Shown: positions 53,144-64,000 of the stretch, piece by piece
Numbering within the stretch: the first letter of the stretch is position 1
Layout of the letters: each line of letters begins with the position of its first letter
Origin: Octopus vulgaris
Taxonomy: Eukaryota
NCBI GenBank assembly: GCA_951406725.2
Contig: OX597825.1
Coordinates: 37,386,001-37,450,000, forward strand
Direction of reading: 5' to 3'
Length of the DNA stretch: 64,000 nt
The notes under the pieces: generated by a model
Database searches by the model: none
Told to the model about the DNA's origin: nothing
The model's input: only the letters and a program-made list of their open reading frames with translations
Made by a program: the position numbers and the translations under genes

Positions 53144-55259
53144 TTCATTTCAATTCAAATGTTAAAAGTGTTAAGCTAATTCACTTCACATATTCCTACA
53201 TACATACACACGCACACACACACATGCACACGCAGAAATGTATATATCTTCAAAGTAGAGAAAGTAGAGCCATCTTGTATGGTCAGAATCCAGGTACCGA
53301 TGATATAAGAACCAAGACAATACTGGATCAAAGTTAAACCCTAACTTCGAGAATTCTCACCTTGTGACAAAAGCGGAAATCTTTGAAATCCAAACCATTA
53401 TAATTTATCTGATTTGTTAACTTATATTTTGAGAATAAATATGTTTAATTTTACGACAGTGGGTTATCAATTCGTAAGTTTTCTTTTTTCCTGTGGAGAT
53501 ATGTGACGCTCACATCATTACACTTGTTTTTGTCGAGTCACTATGGGTAACTAGTCACATTTCGCTTTCTCTTTGAAGCATTTCTAAATGTCCTGACAAA
53601 ACGTTTTGCAGTTCAGTGATGAGCCATATGTGCATCATTTTATTCACTTCTTGGTTTGTGTAAAACCAACGTCACTTGATAGTATTTTTAGTGCATCAAA
53701 CGGATGAAAGTGAAGAAAAGAAAGTATAGGACAAAATATAGGATATCCCACTACTTTAAATTCAATTTCTAGAGGACTTCATCAGTGATCAGTGCTAAGA
53801 GAACACGTATTGTTGGGTAATAAAACAATACCTTTCGACAGTTGTACTCAGTATTTACTTTGAATTGCAGAGAGTGCCTTATCACATTGAACCTAGCAGT
53901 GTTCCCCTTTGATTTCCTTACCTGATAATGCTCTATTATACATCATCACAAACTTCCTGAAACTGTCAACATCATCTGTGCCGATGGCTGACTTTTGAAA
54001 TAATCTGACTGGCGCTTGTAGGTTTTTCCATTCTACATTCTAGGACTTACACTTAAAGTGAGTTAGCTTTTAATGGCTAGGTCGACTTTTCACAACCTGC
54101 ATACGTTTGTAACAATTTATTTCCTTTCAGAGGTACTTATGATTATTATCGTCTTGGTATCACGTGAAATGTTATTTTCCGAATAAACCATCACCCGCTA
54201 TAACAAAATGAAAGCGTAACGAGGCATGTTCTCATTTTTACTCTTTTTACTCATTTTACTCATTTACAATAATTAAATTATTGTTTGTTTTAATAATTAA
54301 GTCCCAGAACAACTATCATCGGAGAAGCATTCTTATTGTGACAATCCTGTCTTTTTCTGTGACACAGTGCAACTAAGTACAGACTCAAGAGGATATTCTA
54401 TGTTACTGTAATGGACTACTAATTCTAGAGGACTAAGCAATCACTTCGTTTTATCGTGCTGCAGATGGGAATGGTGTCGGAGAGTGTAATTTGCCACACA
54501 ATAATCTCCGATGACTCATTCAGCAAAGAACGGTAATGATCATAACAATTGTGGGCCCACAAGATATCGCGATACATTGCAAAATAACAAATGATACATG
54601 AGTGTAATTTTTCCCAATAGGTAATATAATTTTCTCATTCACTTAAGTTCATAGAGCCTTAAATTTAGTAAGGGGCCAATGGACATGGAAACCGGAGAAA
54701 AACAAAAGGTTAAGCATACATATAATCACACATATGTATGCATACCCATTACTGGTGGAACATTCTCATCTAAATTTCTATTGAGGGCAAACATAAGAAG
54801 CCTGGGGTAATTGTTTGGGATAGAAAGGAAAAATCAAGAGTCAACATGGAGGTCAACAGCTTGATGAATGTAACTCTCACACAAAATCAATGACAATACA
54901 CTGTTTATGAACGAATACTGCAAAGTATTTGCTCTGATTAAAATTCAGATTTATATCATTGGTTATTGGTGCATTTAGCAATATTCGTAGATGTTTATGT
55001 GGCACACTGGAAAGCCTATTTGTTTTTAGTAATATATGTAGTCAAATTAACTCGATCCACACAGAGTAGTCCGTAAGCGTAAGAGTAAATATATGCAAGA
55101 ATTTTCTAAAGTTTAACTTTAACACTTCTCGTTGTTATTATCCAAATTTTGGCGACAGAAATTTGTTATTAAGTTAGAAAACAGCTTCTTATTATGAAGA
55201 ACTGAAATATTTAAAGATATCAAAAAGCACACACTTACAAGCTCACGGAGATAGTACTT

Positions 55260-55289
55260 ACATACATATACAGATATATATGTATATAT

Positions 55290-55362
<73 letters not shown>

Positions 55363-55532
55363 TGTATGTACATAGATGTGCGTATATTTATGTGTTACAC
55401 ACATGCACACACATACATATATATATATATGCATACGTACCTATGTGAACAAATACTTTATATATAAATATATATATACATGCATACATTCATACACACA
55501 CATATATGTATGTATATATGTATGTATGCATG

Positions 55533-55592
<60 letters not shown>

Positions 55593-55615
55593 TATACATA
55601 TATATGTATGTATAT
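55260..55615. repeat. (TA)n-rich compound microsatellite
   Basis: Directly visible. Confidence 0.95.
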
Positions 55616-55845
55616 GAATTGCTTATCAACCGACCACCAATTACAGAAAAGGGTTTGTTTGTCTGATTGTCTGCTTATGCTATTGTTAATTTCTTTTTAG
55701 AGAAAACGAATGATAATCAAATGAGAAATACTTTTTCCTCCTATCAAAAGTGATTTATCAAAAAACATCTACAAAATCTAATTTAGTTTGCATACACAAT
55801 ATGATCTAAATCTTTTATTGTTTATCTCCATAAACTGCCAACTAT

Positions 55846-58810
<2,965 letters not shown>

Positions 58811-59339
58811 GATGTTGTTATTTTCCGAGATAGTAATCTGCTTTATGAAAATATTAAATATCGATTTCTGTTCTCGAAGCACAAGGCCAATATTCATATA
58901 GAAGGATGTTACATGTAGCGCATTTATTGAGCACAATATATTACTGTTGGTTGGTACACAAAATATTGCAAGATCTGCAATACCGAAGTACCTACCAAAG
59001 CTGGCAACCACCACCCCTTGTCTTCTCTCTTCTTTAGACGCACTTTCTTTCGCCAGGACGAATTTAATGAACTCGGTTTGCTCATCACTTGGAGGATAGT
59101 CGTATTGTAAAAGACCTACCATGTGGTGAATTGTCAAATTTTACCGACAGCTGAGGTACAAGGATGTATGTATAACATGAAAGCAACTCTGAACTGTCTC
59201 CTCGTATCATGTCAAGGGAGTGGATAAATTAATGGTACTTAATTTTTCATCTGTTGAGCAATGTAAGGTAAACTGTAGGCCGTTTTAATTTTGAACTTTT
59301 TTCCGTATATGTCCCAAAACTTTCTAGTAGTTGTCAAAT

Positions 59340-59556
59340 CATCCAAACCAAAATTGATTTGGGAATGTGGGATTGCTATTTGTGAGAACATCTAAACAAC
59401 AAGAGGCTTGTAAATGTGGGATTGCCGTTTGTGGAAACATCTGAATTAACAAGGGCGTTGCGAATATGCGATTCATCTAAGCGGCAAGGGATTTGAAATT
59501 GTGGGACTGAATATTTTTTTCTCTGAAATTATCCGAACAACGAACGGTTTGTGAAT
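59340..59556 (+). repeat. Degenerate 49-bp minisatellite, about 4 copies
   Basis: AATGTGGGATTG...AACATCT...AACAAG units start at 59364, 59413, 59463 and about 59498. Confidence 0.8.
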
Positions 59557-59807
59557 AAAAGGTTCCTTAGCAGCATCGAAGTTTGAAAGCTTGGATTATT
59601 GTTAATGAAACTAAAAGCAATTCTGAGAATTTCGAAACAAGGACAGCATAATACACAGAATATATTTGTCAGGAAGAGTCACGATAAAAATATTTGTACT
59701 GCCAATTTGTAGTGTAACGTAAGAAATGGGATTTGTATAAAATAAAAATTTAGGCCGTGTATAATGAAATACATGAAATTCCTCACTCTAATGTTTTTAC
59801 TTGCAAA

Positions 59808-59965
59808 GGCAATAGCTTAGTGGTTGGGGTGTCAGGTAAAACGCTAGGCTTGTCTTATGATCAAAGGGTCATTGATTCGATTTCCGGGATAGGCGGTGTG
59901 TTGTGTGTTTGTATAAAGCATTAAGTTTCATGATGTTCCAGTTCACTTCACCGAAAATTTAGTAG
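59808..59965 (+). mobile_element. Old SINE related to family D
   Basis: TAGCTTAGTGGTT A box, GATTCGATTTCC B-box-like, TCCAGTTCACT shared with the 39387 copy. Confidence 0.55.
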
Positions 59966-61604
59966 TAGCCGAGTATTTGTGTAAATTTCTTTTGATCCAA
60001 ACGTCGCATCCGGTGTGTTCTGGATAGCCATGTTGTAGACTGGCTGACTGTATCTACATTGCTCACGTAAAACAATTAGCAAAAGCATCGCTCATGCGGC
60101 CAGTCATACTCGCAAGCAAGAGAACTTTGTGATATGTTTCTCTCAGTAACATTTACGTGTATTAGTAATTATCTTATTTCACGGGAACTAGTGGAGTCCA
60201 GGAGATTTTGTTACTTCGTTTGTAAGTTATCCAACGATCCGGTTTCGAAATAGAATTTATGTAATTATTCATAAAATTGAGGACAATTAGAATTAATATT
60301 TGCAGGAGATGAATATATTCTCATCCACTATATGTCCTATACTTATTCTATTCATTAATGAAGTATGCTTATTGTTCTAGCATAGAGGAAAGGCTTGTGG
60401 CACTTAAGTATAAGTTGAAGTCTTCAATAACAGTGCGGTACAGAAGCACTATGGTACAGTAGCACTATAGATAAAAGTGAATTCCAAAGGGTTGACCTGG
60501 GAATCGTGTTCAGTGCGATACTGGTAATATGGAGGATGAGAGTGAGAGAGATTCATAAGTCCGAAGAGTATGAAAGGAGTTACACGAATCCAACCAACTT
60601 CGAGTAGCGAAGACACTGCTGCAGTGGTAGGAATAATGCAAACACAGGAGAAATACAATATATATCTCAGCCATATATTTATGTTTTGGCGAGCGATTGT
60701 ATAGCACTCAGAGAAGATAAAAATTAAGGGTTTAAAGAAATGTAACTTTAAATAAACGGTATTTTAATGAAATACCCTACGCATTTTGTCATTTCAATGC
60801 ATTAATTTTATATCAATTTTTACCTTGCCTTTCATATTTATGAGTATTAAAAAAGTATTAATCGAGTATTCAGTGGATCGACCTGCATTCCATTTTATCT
60901 CTGGCATTCTGTCTGTGTCTGAGTCGAAAAATATTTATTGATATTGATATCTAAATAAATCAGAACCTCACATATGTGCAATGTTGTATAGTTTAAAGTA
61001 ACGGTTCTCACTGTGCACCTGGTGGATATTAATTTATAACCTATGCATCGTATCGATGAAATGCTAGGAGAAATTACTACCTTATAAATTTGTTCACAGG
61101 TAAAAATGTCAGAGATTGACACGAATAAGTTAATTGATAAATATAGAAGCGCGAATATGTCCAATGAGAGAGTTGTGATATTTAAAATTTTGTGAAAGCA
61201 GAAGGGAAGTGAATTAGTTTCAGCCGACATTCAACTTTCAAAACTAAGTGTATATTGTATATATTTTGTTTTAATCAACATTTCGTATAATAATATTTCG
61301 CATGATTATGTCTAGTTGTTTAATCAGCAGCAAAGGTCACAACACTAGAATATTCTTAGTGACTAGTGAGGATAAAAATTACATTCTGAAGAGAAAACAA
61401 GGACTTTTGAATATTTTCGTAGTATCAATATATTCGTTGCATCAATATATTTTGAAAGGAGAAGGGAGGCATGTGAGACATCCAACCGTCTCCGTGAATC
61501 AAGTTATTTCTTACTTTACAAAAATAAAGTATTTAAACTCGACGGATCTCTTTACACTTTCGACTCGCACTTCCTCTTACTCCCAGTTAAAATTATTTGC
61601 TTCT

Positions 61605-61808
61605 TTTAAGCATTTGGCAAGCAATTTTAAGAGTATGAGAAACAGTCGGTGCTATCGACCCACTGTTTGACCAGTACTTTAATTTAGGGATTCCGAAAGG
61701 GCGAAACACAAAATTAACCTCGGTGGGTTTCAATTCACAACGTCACAAACCGGAACAAATAACGCACAGCATTTTTCCCGCGCTCTAATGTTTTCCGCTA
61801 AACCATCA
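61605..61808 (-). mobile_element. Old SINE family B copy
   Basis: ATCGACCC, CCGAAAGGG, ACCTCGG, GCATTTTTCCCGCGCTCTAA in family order. Confidence 0.55.
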
Positions 61809-62714
61809 CTCTCTAATTCTTCCTAATGATATGAACATATGAGTTATAACATGGGCACAATTGCAAGAATTGGGAGGGATGGAGAAGCAGAAGTAGCAGC
61901 AGTTTCTTGTATTGTACTGGGAAAATGTATAGCAATATACACGGATTGACAAGAGAATGTGCAATATCTCAAACGTATTTTGTGCAACGCTTTACTGATT
62001 ATGTCAACCCACCTAACCTCATTCAACAACCATTTCTTACGAATTTAAGGGACGTGAGAAGAGTTGATCCTGTTTGCCTCCATTTCCTCAGTGGTACTTA
62101 ATTTTATAAAACCAGAAACGTGTAACGTAGAACTCAGCGGGATTTGAAAACTGAGTATAGAGAAACAGAATGAAAAACTGCAAGAGTATTTTGTTGAATA
62201 TTCCCCCATTTCTGTAAGTACCCCCAGCTTCCGTCGATGATAAGAAACAATAGATGAAGAAAGACATACGAGAAACAATATACATATAACGAAAAGACTG
62301 GATGTAACGGCAGAGAAAGAAAAGATAAAACTAATTACAGATTGTCAAAACAAAAAATAAATATGAGCAACTTAAAACAAACATTGATCCCATAAACAAA
62401 CTAAAGTAGAATTTGTAAAAAATGAAAACAACAAACACAAAGAACAATAAGAAAGCAAACAAAAATATACTTTCCGTATCCTATTTATTCTAGAGTTTTG
62501 TTGTATTTCAATGCAAAGTCAATAGAATTAAAATGCTTTGAAACGTAACCAAGAAAAAAAAAGAAAGAAAATACAGAAAAAGAAAGTCATAGAGATAGAT
62601 ACAGAAAAGCAGAAAAGCGAAGAAATCAAAGCAACACAAGATGAGAGCGGTGGAGAGAGGGAGAGAGAGGGATTGAGAGAAAAGAAGAGCAGAAGAAGAC
62701 GGGGTTAAGCATAT

Positions 62715-63735
<1,021 letters not shown>

Positions 63736-64000
63736 AGTCATACTAATACTTGACTTGTGTTGCAGAATCTTTGTTCTTACCGTTTATATCTCTCTGTATT
63801 TAAATCTGCCTGTCACGGATATGAAAGAGCACAGATAACTTGACGTCTGACGTTGTTTGACCCCCAAGTCAGATATGATTGAGCATATGTATTTGTTACT
63901 GGCATACGACTTTGCAAACGAACCCACTCTCTGTCATATACTCCAACACAGTTGGTTACAGGTCCTTTATAGATGTAAAGAAATTACACGCACACACACA

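Noticed and set aside
53922-53992. Possible minus-strand exon AIGTDDVDSFRKFVMMYNRALS with a CAG/GTAAGG donor
   Set aside because: Good donor but poor acceptor and no recognisable homology; needs RNA-seq
58990-59120. Possible minus-strand exon within ORF 58679-59137
   Set aside because: No polypyrimidine tract or known domain; the ORF length is inflated by triplet repeats
60490-60620. RTE-type LINE C-terminal remnant
   Set aside because: The resemblance to the RWxGH...GRP motif is too faint

Overview
AT-rich, extremely microsatellite-dense eukaryotic DNA with no recognisable host-gene exon. Almost every ORF in the supplied track is a translation of simple repeats. The SINE families and repeat landscape resemble an Octopus (coleoid cephalopod) genome; this is recognition from memory, not a database result. 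The window is a graveyard of retroelements. It holds at least four tRNA-derived SINE families (several copies with target-site duplications), two different restriction-like-endonuclease (R4/Dong-type) non-LTR fragments, an L1/Tx1-like 3' fragment, and two decayed Penelope-like element (PLE) coding remnants (RT and GIY-YIG motifs). The most interesting signal is a set of short modules sitting in or next to microsatellites. Several are asymmetric fold-backs, and many carry minimal type I hammerhead ribozyme motifs with long stem II insertions and a different palindromic stem III in each module. Each element type abuts its own microsatellite: (TA)n, (TAA)n, (CATA)n or (CA)n. Translations of decayed elements were done by eye across frameshifts, and the boundaries of degraded copies are approximate.
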